Source of the DNA: Lama glama
Taxonomy: Eukaryota
Reading direction: 5' to 3'
Length of the DNA: 64,000 bases
Assembly (NCBI GenBank): GCA_028534125.1
Contig: CM052844.1
Location: forward strand, 434,001-498,000
Part shown: one piece after another, positions 48,801 to 58,010 of the stretch
Layout: each line of letters starts with the position of its first letter
Position numbering within the stretch: position 1 is the first letter of the stretch
Translations under genes and position numbers: made by a program
Notes under the pieces: model-generated
Seen by the model: the letters and a program-made list of their open reading frames with translations, nothing else
Databases searched by the model: none
What the model was told of the DNA's origin: nothing

Positions 48801-51800
48801 AAAGCATCCAAGCTGTCCGTTACTAGCTGTGGTCTTCCCCTGACAGACACACAGAGAATTCCTCTACAAAGAGCCACCGCTGGTGGAAACCTCTCTGGGG
48901 CTTTGGGGTAAGTTGAGGGTGGCGGGGCTGCTCATATTAAAGACAGGGCGCCTCCACTCCGGTGTCCGGTGTCCCCGGGCCTCTCTGCCCCAGAGCAGGT
49001 GCATCGCAGGCCATGCCCGCGTGCCCTCCTGGGCTGGACGGGCTGGCATCAACAGCTCCACCGCTGAGAACGCAATGGAGAACAGAAACGCCTCCACACC
49101 TTCACTTTCTCAGAAGACGTCCGTTTCACGTGTGAGCCGGGAAACGCCACTCTCGAGCAGTGAAGGCAGCTAACCACCCGCCTTCGCGGAGGCCGTGAGG
49201 TGGCCCGGTGCTGGGAGCCTCCAGGGGCCGGCCAGCTTCCTCCTGGGTTGCCACGGCGACAGTCGGGCAGAGCGTGGCCAAAATAACTTAGAAAACAGGA
49301 GCCTGGGGCGGGAAGCGGGGCCACGCCCGCCGTCGCTGTCAGCAGAGCCACTATTTCCTGAGACCCAGAGAGAAACAGGAGGCCTTCTGCCCGCTCTCCA
49401 GACAGGCAAGCCCTCTGCCCAGCCGCTCCCCAGAGGACTGGGGCGCGGAGACAGGAAGACGCCGAGGCCTCCAGAGCGCAAACACCCCCGCCCAGCCCTG
49501 GGAAGATCATTTAAAAAGTTCTCTTGTCTTTCTCCCAACAAACGGTTCCCGACTGTCTATTTGCACCTGCTGAGCACTCTAGCAAAAAGGAACTCCAGGA
49601 CCCAGTTGCCCCCTTGAACCGCTGGGTGCCACACGCCTCAGCGCATGAAGGGGTGTGAGTGACAGGGTGACAGTTTAGAGGACACCCCCCCTGGGCTCAG
49701 GAAGAATCGCGACAGAGACCAGGGGCCCTGTGCTCAAGGCTGGCCATGTCCTTTTGACAAAGTGCCCATTTTTAGTTCAACCTGTAACGCTCTATGTTAC
49801 CTCACTTCACAATCTATCTCAGATTTAGTCATTCATTCATTTGTTCCTATCCAGGCTGGTTCCAGAAATAATGTGAAGCCATTTCGGTCACCTATCCAGA
49901 GCTGGAGAATTCATTCTAATAATCTAATATACAATGTGATCAGTAACCCAATAACTAACAAGCACAATGTTCTGTAATAATTAATGAGAAGAAGAAAGTA
50001 CTTTATTCACGCAATTACCAAAACTTGGAGGCAACCAAGATGTCCTTTGGGAACTGAATGGGTAAATAAACTCNNNNNNNNNNNNNNNNNNNNNNNNNNN
50101 NNNNNNNNNNNNNNNNNNNNNNNNNNNNNNNNNNNNNNNNNNNNNNNNNNNNNNNNNNNNNNNNNNNNNNNNNNNNNNNNNNNNNNNNNNNNNNNNNNNN
50201 NNNNNNAACTATAGGCCATTTTGGAAAAGACAAAAATACAGACACAGTGAACAGATCAGTGGTGCCAAGGTTTCGCGGGAGGGAGGACCAGGTGGAGCAC
50301 AGAGGGTTTTCAGGGCAGTGACACTCCTCTGGTGACAATTATCCTGGATACGAGTCACTATGTATTCATCCAAACCCACAGAGCATTCAGCACCCAGAGT
50401 GAACCCTGTGAACCTAAGGACTCTGGGTGGTGATGACGTGTCAGTGTAGGTCCAACAATAGTACAAACGCAACCTCTGGTGGGGGTGCTAATAGGGAGGG
50501 AGTCTGTGCCCCCATCGGGGCAGAGGGCACCTGGGAAAATCTGTCCCTTCCTCTCAGTTCTGCTGTGAACCTAAAACTGCTCTGAAAAGTCTTAATAAAA
50601 AAGAAAAAAGTTATGTGTTTCTCACAGAAATATATAAAAAGGCATGTTTTCTATCAACTTCTTTCTAACACTATGACAAGAGGAAGGAGCCCTTTCCATC
50701 TCTGCCCAGAACACTCTCCAGCTGCCTAAGGCCTCCCCGCCCCCAAAGCTGGAGAATGCTGGGCCCCAGGTGCTGGCGCCCCGGGGCCTTCCCACAGGAG
50801 GCTTTAACAGGGGGGTTGAGATGGGAGGGGCACACAGTTGGCAGAGATGCTTAAAAGGCACCTGTCTGTCCACAGGAGCAAACACACAAAGAGGCACAGG
50901 GAGGCCACGAGGCCTCCACAACTCAGAAAGCTCCATGACCACAGGACCCCTGCACGCACCAGGCTGGCCTCCCAGCGCAGCACAGCCCTGGGGACACAGA
51001 ACTCGCAGTGGAAGTCTCTGTCTGGGCGGCTTTCACTCCATGAAGAGGTCAGGAGTGTGGCCCCCACCTCCACAGAGCACCTCTCCTTAAATGTATTTAC
51101 TGAGTGACTGAAAGGGGTGGGGGGTGGACACCAGAAGAGAAGCAGCCCAGGAACATCCAGGACCTGCCACGGGCAGCCCCGCCGCCCCGCCGCCCAAGCA
51201 GGGGCATGGCGCCTCCAGGCCGTTTCTCCACTTCCGGCCCCAAGTCTCTTTCAAGCAGCCACCTCTCTCTCCAGCCTCAGGGGCCTTGGCTCCCACTGAC
51301 TCCAGAGGCCTGAAGACCCTGAGCCAAGGAGGAGGAAAAGAGAAGACGTTCAGAAAGGGCAGATAAGAAAGATCAGGCAGCCTCGGCCTGGTTGGAACAT
51401 TAATTTTTTTTTTAAATGAGCAGGACGTTGCACTTTTAAAAGAGGGACGGTGAATGATACGGAAAATATTATACAGTCATTGCAGAAACCAGCGCCTGCC
51501 CGTGCCAAGTGTGCTGGGCTCAGCTTCTCCACCACACCGCCACGTGGGCAGGGACAGAGGGAATATATTGAAGACAGACACAGAAAGGAGGGCGACAGAG
51601 GACAGAAGAGACAGGTGGGGGAGAGCCCAGCTGCAAGGAGGGGCTGTAGTGACTTCCACTCAGGGCGGCCCCCCGCACAGACCGTCTTCCTGTAATGCGG
51701 GTCTGATACTCAAGGGCCTAGGCTTACCTAACAGCCAGCACCCTGGGGGCGCCCTGGGGGGCTGGAGGGCTCTTTTACCTGCTGTGTAAGTGGAAGCCTT

Positions 51801-54800
51801 ATTTTTGACAGGGAAGAGAAAACGAAAGAAAGAAAAGGCCCGCACTTGGTGGTCCGAGGCTAGTTCCGCTGTTAACTTACAGGGAGAGGGCGGCTGACCT
51901 CACAGGGAGCGCAAGGGGGCAGACCTGAGGGTCTCGGCCCCGCCTCACTTGCGTTCAAGTCCAGGATCGGGGACACTCCGTCCCTTGGCGAGAGCGCCAC
52001 CCCGCCCCAAACAGGAGGCTCCCCGCTCCGATCATGCTCGGGACCCAACTGGAGTGAGGCCCCGAGTCTAGCACACTAGGGGACCCTACCGCCCCGAAAG
52101 GGGCCTCTCTACACTTGCCCCTCAACTTGATTTGTTTTCCGCCGGCCCCTCGGTGCCCCTCCCTGAGCGAAGCCGAGGGGGGACAGGCGACTGGGGGGCG
52201 CCTTGGGCAGAGGGGCGGGCGCCACTGCGCGCCCCTGAGGCGGGCTCTCCGGACCCGGATCCGGCCCGCCCGACTCCGCGCCCCCGGCCCCCGTGCCCGG
52301 GCCCCGCACGGACCCACCTGCGGTGGCCGCGGCGGCGCCCTCGTCGCTCTGGTTAAACTCGAAGAGGAAATCAAAGTCGAATTCCTGGTCCTCCTCCAGC
52401 CCCGTCATGTTGGGTCAGGGTCGGGGGTCAGGGGGTCAGGGTCGGGGTTCGGGTACGAGGTCGGGGGTCCAGGGTCGGTGTCCGAGTTCTAGGTCAGGGG
52501 TCCTGGTCGGGGACCGGGTCGGGGTCTGGGCGGGGGTTGGGCGGGGTCCAGAGTCTGGAGTCTGGGGTCAGGCCCAGGGTCGGGGTCCCGGGTTGGGGTC
52601 AGGTTGCGGGTCGGGGTCGGGGTCGGGATCCCGGTTTGGGATCGGGGTCGAGGTCCAGGACAGGGTCCGGGGTGGGGTCCGGTCGGGGTCCGGGGTCGGG
52701 TCCCCGGCCGCGAGCACCTGTGGTCGCGGCGACCCGGGCTCGGCTGCGCCCTGCGCTCGGCCGCGCGTCCTCGGGTAACGTGACTCCTGCCCGCGCCCCT
52801 CCCGCCGGCCCTCCCCCGCCGCGCCCCTCCCCCCGCTGTTTCCGGGTTTACATAAACAAGCGGCTCGCCGGCCGCCGGCTTCCGAGTTTTAAATAAACTC
52901 TCCGAGCGAGCTGGAGCGCACGCCTCTCACTGGTGTCCCAGCTCCCGGCGCCCGCACCCGCGCCGGGGTCCCCGGGCAGCTCTAGGGGTCCGCGCCCCCG
53001 CGCAAGCGACACCCCCGAAGGTCCCCTGGGTCCGCGCGGGGGGAGGGGCGTACACGTGCGCCCGGGAGGTGGGGAGACTCGGGGTCCAGCCTCCTCCGTC
53101 CGCCCCCGGGCCTGAGGGCCAGTGCGGCCGCAGCCGGGCGGGGAGGGGCAGGGGGCGGGGACGAGAGCGGGCCGTGGACCCCCGCCCGCCAGCCCGGCAG
53201 CCGGCTCGCGCGGCTCGGATCTCTGCGTGGAGCGCGCCGCCCCGACCGGCTAGCGGGCCTGGCTCGCGCCTCCCGAAGACGGAGGGACGCGAAGCTCAAT
53301 GACCGCGTCTCAAAGAGCTGCGGACGCCGTCCGCCGGCCTGCTGAACTCGCCCCGAGGGGCCTCCAGCTGCTGGGCCGCTTCCAGGGGGAGGAGCAGCCG
53401 GGCTCTGCTGCTGCGAGTGTACGACGCGCACGTCCTGCCGGAGCCCCGCAGCCTGGGCCCCGAGTGGAAGCCCCTGGATAGCAGGGCTCGCTTTCGAAGG
53501 AGCACGCTTCTCCCCTAACCCGAGCAACGCACACAGGGAACACGGTTTTCCAGCCCTCGAAGCTGAAGACGCCACCCGAAGGAGTCAGGGAGGTGGGAGG
53601 TTTGGAGGCACTGGGGCCGCGCTCTCCTTTGCACAGTGGAGCGGCGCTGCTGCTCACGGCTGTCCACGCTTACGCGCGGCCTTTCACTTGCAGGCTGGCC
53701 CCTAACTGGCAACCCTTCTTTTTTGTAAAGCCGTTCACGTGGGTCCCTCAGCTTCCTGAAATACGTACTGACGCCTTTGCGCGCACAAGCAGCCTGCCCA
53801 CCATCCGTGAGCGCCTCCAAAGCGCCCAGAGACTGACCAAGGGCAGGAAGAGCGCCGGGTTCCACCCAAGGCCAGGGCGCAGAGCGGCGGGTCCGCGCAG
53901 AGCCAGTACACAAAGCTAGGCCCGTCTGAGGGACTTCTCTCCCCTTCTGCTTTATTCTGACTTGCCCCGGGGGCTTGGCACCTGCGAAACCAGCGTCTGG
54001 AACAGCACGAGAATGATGGCAGAGGACTGAGAAGCTAGGGATCACATGCGGAGGGGGAATGGAATCAGAAAGGAGGAGGGTGACACAAGTGTCCATTTTT
54101 GCAACTCTGCAGAATTAAACCGTGTCCTCCTCTCTGCCCTGCGGGCCCGCTGGTCCCCGGGGTATAGCTTTTTCCGGAAGCAGATAACCTGCGAATCACA
54201 TGACCATCCCCCCAAAAAACTTCCCTCTCATGACCCTTTTCAAATGCCTGCTTTTCTCCAGTGATAAACTATAGTTCACTTTGGCCTGATTTAGTTTCTA
54301 ATAATAGCTCTAACTTTGAGATGTATGTTGGAGGGCTGTTTTGTTGCAGTTTGCGTTTCTTGCTGACCTTCAGGCAAATGGAAGTTCTGTTTTCCGTTCA
54401 GAAGCCGCACCATTTCATTTTCTCTCTCTCTCTCTTTTAACTTCAGCCACCTTCTCACTCTCACCAAAAACTTACTCACAAAAACAGCCCTTACCATCAG
54501 TTAAACTTTTTGCTGAACTGTTCTGTCCAGGAAAATGTGGGTTTACCCGTCGGGGGCACCTGAGCCCCTCAGGCTCACGACTCAGGACGGCTTTATCCTG
54601 AGGCTGAGTTGACCCCCCCCCCACCATCAGATTTAGATCCCCAACCAAGGTAACCAGATAGGGTGGCTGTTTTTTAACTGCTCCTCTTACCAGCACCCCC
54701 CTAGTGCCTTTCATCTCGTAAATGGTTTGGAGTTATTTGCCAATTCAGCAGACACTCCTGTCTTGATGGAAATGTTTAGCTTGGCGCTTCCTCTCAGAGG

Positions 54801-57190
54801 CGGAGGGTGTGCACGGGGCACAGAGCTCCAGCACTGGGTGTGACAGAGCAGCAGGCCCTCACTAATCTGGGTTAGGAAACAACGCCACGGAGTTAAGTGG
54901 CGGGAGAACAGGGCGGGCTTTGTTCTGTTCTGGAGAGCCCCGGGCATTCTGTGTGGAGCAACCTCTGAGCGGGTGGGTGGGTGTACCTACAAGGCCTGCA
55001 TTTCTCTGCCTTCCCCACGCGGAAAAACAAGCGCGGGGCCTTCAGAAGCAACAGCACCTAATGAGCTCTAACCAGATGCTCATTAAACTGGAGGGCAGTG
55101 CTGGGAATCGCCGAGTGTGTCGCTGGGCACCGAGGGCCTGGCCGGGCCTGCGGGGAAGGGCCAGATACAGTCCCCCAGCCCTCAGCCAGGCAGGCGTGGA
55201 CCTGCAGGGAGGGCTCTGCCTCTCTGTCCAGCGCCTGTCGATGGGAAGGATTAGATCATACATTCTGGTAAGCCTAATTCTGCAGTCCTTATAAAATACA
55301 CATATGTGTTCAGTCAAAGCGCATCCCTGGGACCGGGGGGCTGTGTCTTAGCAGAGGCACCTTACGTGTTTCCTTAAGTAGGAAACATGAACAGTAAACA
55401 GCACCCCCAGAGATGCCTGCTCCTCTTGTAAGAGAAAAGATTATTGCAGACAGACCACCGACTGTTCAAGAAATCTAACCTTTGAAAGACCCACATTTTT
55501 CAAAGCAATGATAAGAGGAATATGTGGAGAAAACTTTGAAATATGTGTCCAAAGATTTCAAATCAAAACCTCAACAATTTTTTAAAAAAATCTTTTCATA
55601 GTAAGAGCTCATCCTGTAAACTTTACCCAAAGTTTACATTTAACCATGTTCTAAATTGGGGTGAAATGTAAGGAACATAAGATAACCTTCCGTGATGCAC
55701 AACACGTAGAAATAACCTAAGACAGCAGGACCCTGACCACATCGGCCTTCCTGTATTGAGTGTGTGGGCTTGAGCTCATGTCTGCTGAACATGGGGACGT
55801 TACCCCAAGCTGGCTGTCTTTGCAAATGGCAGTGTAGCCATTGCATTTATTAGAACCATGCAGGAGGCAACAGCATTGAGTTTCTGGCACTCCCCAGCAG
55901 GGTGTCTGCCCTTATAAACCAAAAGCACTCACTACGCATTGGCAGGCTTGGCAGTTTTCTTAAAATAATTTAAATAAAATACTTCAGCACTGATAAGGCA
56001 CTTGGAAAGGTGTCTCCCAGTTTCCACCACGTATTTGCCATCGTCATCCCTAACTAGGATGCTGGTCACCCTTTCCCAGGCTATTTTCAGACACCTGCAG
56101 GAACACCAACCAGTAGGAGCTGTGGGCTGCTTGGGTCCCAGGAGTGCTTCTTTTAAGGGAGGGAGAGGGAACCTGTGGACCTGAGGCTGCACGCGAGGGT
56201 GGCCAGCGCCTTGCCATCACCAGGTTTCGGGGCAGACTCTTAAGCTATCTTCCTGACTCTAAGCAAGTAGCTTGAAACTTGGCGGTCCCTTTTCCAAATG
56301 TCCTGAAACATTTTCTACAGTTGGAACTCTCAAGTCTTATGATTGTGTAAGATTATGAATCCTATAAGTCTGCAACATGGCTTGAATTAGGGGCTGTGCG
56401 CAACAGTACCTTCAATGGCTTTTAATCCTGCGGGTCGGGCCCCCAGCTTGATGGCGCGGCCCGGAGCGGCTCTGGCTGGAGGCAGTTCGGGGACCCAGCT
56501 CTCGGAGAGAACCCCCCACCGACTAAGCCCGTGGAGGGGCGCAGAACCCCCACACTTCGCTGTATGGCCAGTCTTCGAAGACACAGGGTGACCTTGCCCC
56601 ACTGGGGAAGTAACTGGGCCATACTCCTTTCCCAAAGAAACCTCACTTCTTCCCAAAGTGTCTTTCCTTCCTAGTTCTGACGGCCCTAATCTCGCCCCGT
56701 CCTCAAGCCGCCTGCATTTGAACTGAGTTTCTACCGCCGCGAGGCTGCACCAGCGAAGGCCAAGAGCGCGCACTCAGCGCTAGAGAAGAGGAGACACCTA
56801 TTGGCAAGAAGGCGCGCTCGAAATCAGGGCTGCTCTGGGGAAACACCAGGGGGACACCGCTTCCCAATCTGTGCAGCGCGCCCGCCGCGCGCCGGGCCGC
56901 CCGCGCCCCTCCCTGCGCGCAGACCCTGGCCCGGCCTGCTCGCCCCTCCCCGGGACGGGACCCGGCCAGGAGCAGACCGGACAGGCGCGGAGGGCGCGGG
57001 GCTGGGGGCGCGGGGCTGGGGGCCTGGGGGCCGCAGTGAGGGGCTGCGGCCGCGCCAGCTTACCTTCCTCTGCGGACTTCATGGTGCCGCCGGCGGGCAG
57101 CGAGGGCCCCAAAGTTTCTCCGCTCCCGCAGACTGCAGCCGGAGGGCCGAGTGGAAACTTGGAAGGGACTGGAAAACTGGTACTTGGCAT
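6629..57190 (-). CDS. NFATC1: NFATC1, nuclear factor of activated T-cells cytoplasmic 1. Spliced isoform alphaA CDS = join(57064..57190, 42514..43612, 28653..28812, 21268..21470, 19554..19726, 17851..17991, 10357..10412, 6629..6820), 716 aa. Long B/C isoforms continue past the left window edge.
   Basis: Exon translations contain PRIEIT, SP repeats, [27 protein letters not shown] and NGKRKRSQ. All junctions are GT-AG with matching phases, and the summed length is 2151 nt ending in TAA. Confidence 0.98.
8330..8540 (+). mobile_element. Ancient L1 (L1ME/L1MC-like) extreme 3' end
   Basis: TATTTTCCAAGTTTCCACAATGAATATGACATTCTTTTATAATTCAAAAA resembles the terminal motif of old L1M elements. Confidence 0.55.
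9521..9760 (+). mobile_element. L1 ORF2 endonuclease N-terminus relic
   Basis: [21 protein letters not shown]...WVK...FRFKDR...GW resembles the L1 ORF2 start (SIITLNVNGLN..IKR..W.K...HF.FKD...KGW). Confidence 0.7.
10357..10412 (-). CDS. NFATC1: NFATC1 exon 8, 56-nt exon ([19 protein letters not shown]), not in the ORF track
   Basis: Read directly: CCTTCCTTGCAG|AC GGG CAC CAC ATC TGG GAA ATG GAG GCG AAG ... AAG CCG|GTGAGT; bridges the phases of exons 7 and 9. Confidence 0.95.
13460..13895 (+). mobile_element. L1M (L1MB-like) 3' end relic, strongly GC-shifted
   Basis: GTGTCCATCCACTCTGAACAGATAAACAGGATGTG and CTTTGAACGGGCGG...GAGTTACACCTCTGGAAAGC are colinear with recalled L1 3' motifs. Confidence 0.65.
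15045..15186 (+). mobile_element. MaLR LTR (MLT1-like) 3' fragment
   Basis: CCCCAGCTGACCTGCCAGCT...GAGCCCAGCC...AAGTTCTGGTGGGACTTGTTGTGCAGCAGAAAAGCCAAAACA follows the MLT1 3' terminal pattern. Confidence 0.55.
15218..15275 (+). mobile_element. MIR core fragment
   Basis: CAGGTGAGGAGACTGAAGGACAGAGCGACTT...GTCAC resembles the MIR core ACAGATGAGGAAACTGAGGCACAGAG. Confidence 0.45.
17851..17991 (-). CDS. NFATC1: NFATC1 exon 7, start of IPT/RHD-C ([47 protein letters not shown])
   Basis: Acceptor CCCCACACAG|CC; donor G|GTATTT; 141 nt. Confidence 0.96.
19554..19726 (-). CDS. NFATC1: NFATC1 exon 6, RHD ([57 protein letters not shown])
   Basis: Acceptor TTTTGGGCAG|C; donor T|GTGAGT; 173 nt. Confidence 0.97.
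20490..20835 (+). mobile_element. L2 3' region relic
   Basis: CTCCTGCCTCAGGGCCTTTGCAC is a hallmark L2 motif, followed by degenerate L2 3'-like sequence. Confidence 0.6.
21268..21470 (-). CDS. NFATC1: NFATC1 exon 5, RHD ([67 protein letters not shown])
   Basis: Acceptor TCTCCCCCAG|CTG; donor AT|GTAAGC; 203 nt. Confidence 0.97.
28653..28812 (-). CDS. NFATC1: NFATC1 exon 4, start of Rel homology domain ([54 protein letters not shown])
   Basis: Acceptor CCCTTTCAG|C; donor CAG|GTACCA; 160 nt; carries the [11 protein letters not shown]-recognition loop. Confidence 0.97.
28842..29290 (+). repeat. C-rich minisatellite; 28/29-bp subunits forming a 57-bp higher-order unit
   Basis: ACCCCATCCCCCACGTCCCGTCCCCTGT + ACCCCATCCCCTGTGCCCTGTCCCCTGCA recurs at 29001 and 29058 and in degenerate form on both sides. 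Confidence 0.92.
29960..30010 (+). mobile_element. MIR fragment
   Basis: CCTCATTCTACACATGAGGAAACC...TGACTCCAAAGGCCGTGC. Confidence 0.45.
35815..36045 (+). repeat. Degenerate (GGAT)n/(GGGT)n purine-rich microsatellite
   Basis: GGATGGATGGATGATGGG...GGTGGATGGGTGG...; almost devoid of C. Confidence 0.9.
36970..37002 (-). mobile_element. MIR core fragment
   Basis: TGCCTCAGCATCCCCGTCTGTAAGATGGGA resembles GCCTCAGTTTCCCCATCTGTAAAATGGG. Confidence 0.45.
42514..43612 (-). CDS. NFATC1: NFATC1 exon 3, NFAT homology (regulatory) region: calcineurin docking PxIxIT (PRIEIT 43365-43382), SRR1, SP repeats, KRK NLS, LxVP (YLSVP 42564-42578)
   Basis: Within ORF 42510..43661(-); acceptor CTTTTCCTTCCAG|AG at 43612; donor AG|GTGAGC at 42513; 1099 nt. 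Confidence 0.97.
48464..48499 (+). repeat. (AAAAC)n microsatellite, about 7 units
   Basis: aaacaaaacaaaacaaaacaaaacaaaacaaaacaac. Confidence 0.9.
50000..50610 (+). mobile_element. Old L1 (L1MC-like) 3' end with A-rich tail, antisense to NFATC1
   Basis: TTTATTCA...CCAAAACTTGGAGGCAACCAAGATGTCCTT...GGTAAATAAACT, GTGAACCCT...GATGACGTGTCAGTGTAGGT and TGCTGTGAACCTAAAACTGCTCT-A-tail resemble recalled L1MC 3' consensus features. Confidence 0.85.
50074..50206. other. Assembly gap (133 N) inside an L1 relic
   Basis: Run of N. Confidence 1.
52318..52408 (-). CDS. NFATC1: NFATC1 alternative first exon 2 coding part (beta N-terminus [30 protein letters not shown])
   Basis: ATG at 52408-52406 with A at -3 and an in-frame TGA three codons upstream (52417-52415); 91 nt; donor G|GTGGGT at 52317; phase 1. 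Confidence 0.96.
52411..52705 (+). repeat. Degenerate (GGGGTC)n hexamer array in the presumed 5'UTR of the beta exon
   Basis: Continuous GGGGTC/GGGTCA/GGGTCC units beginning a few nt upstream of the beta ATG. Confidence 0.9.
52780..53200 (-). promoter_or_regulatory. NFATC1 P2 promoter upstream of the beta exon
   Basis: TATA-like TATTTAAAA (minus, 52895-52887) in a CpG island with several GC boxes, about 480 nt upstream of the beta ATG. Confidence 0.65.
57064..57190 (-). CDS. NFATC1: NFATC1 exon 1 coding part (alpha N-terminus [42 protein letters not shown])
   Basis: ATG at 57190-57188; 127 nt; donor G|GTAAGC at 57063; phase 1 fits the acceptor at 43612. Confidence 0.96.
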
Positions 57191-57519
57191 CCACGCGGCA
57201 GCGGCGGAGGGGAGCAGGAGGAGCAGGAGGAGGAGCGGGAGGCGCGGGCGCCCCGCGCCGCCGCCCGGGGTCGCGTCTCGGGAGGAAGGCGCCCTCGCCC
57301 CCTGCGGACGCGTGTCGGTCCGGGCTCAGCGCCGCGCACCCCGGGGAAATGTTACGAGGGGCGTGTGCGCGCGTGGCGGGGCCGGGCTGCGGCCCTGGGA
57401 CCCGAGCAGGGTGGCGGGTGGCGGGGGCTCGGAGGTGTGCGCCCGCGCCCGGGTCCCCGCGCCCGGCCGCCCGCCCCGGCGCGGTGACTGTGCCGGCGAG
57501 TTCGGAGTCTCTAAGTCTC

Positions 57520-58010
57520 GCTCTGACGCAGGGCCGCGCTCTGCCTCCTGCCTTTTTAAAGCTGGAAAATACCTCCCCCGCCTCCCAGCCGGCCCGGCCG
57601 CTCCCGCGCCCCCTCCCTGCCGTGACATCACGCCCCCGCCCGCCCGAGCCGGCGCTGAGCCCGGGGGACCAGTCGCCGAGCTCCCGCCCCTCCCTGCGCG
57701 GGGCGCCGCTCGCCCGGCCCGCAGGGCGCAAGGGGGGCGGGCTGGGGCTCACTGGGCGAGCAGGGGCGCACGCGGGGCCGACTGGGCGCACCCGGCCTCC
57801 GGACCAGCCCGGATGCCTGGGTCCACGCGGTGTCCTGAGAGAATCACGCTCTGCTTTAATGAGGGAGCCGAGGGGGAGGGCCAGGAGACGACGAGGGTGC
57901 CGAGAGGGCCCTGCATGCTGAAGTCATTATGTAAAATCGCAGGCTTCCCCCGCTGTGGAAATTTGGAAAAGCGCTTCCACTGGCAGGCCGGAGAAAGGAA
58001 ATTCCCATCC
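57520..58010 (-). promoter_or_regulatory. NFATC1 P1 (inducible) promoter
   Basis: TATA-like TTTAAAAA (57560-57553); NFAT TGGAAAA 57563-57569; CRE-like TGACATCA 57623-57630; distal block with TGAAGTCA 57919-57926, tandem NFAT TGGAAA 57956-57961 and 57964-57970, and kB GGGAATTTCC (minus, 58006-57997); GC boxes. Confidence 0.85.

Larger units (their letters stand above)
51900..53900. promoter_or_regulatory. CpG island spanning the beta exon and P2
   Basis: Very high GC and CG density by eye; boundaries approximate. Confidence 0.8.

Noticed and set aside
49984-50338. ORFs spanning X residues
   Set aside because: Artefacts of the N gap inside an L1 relic.
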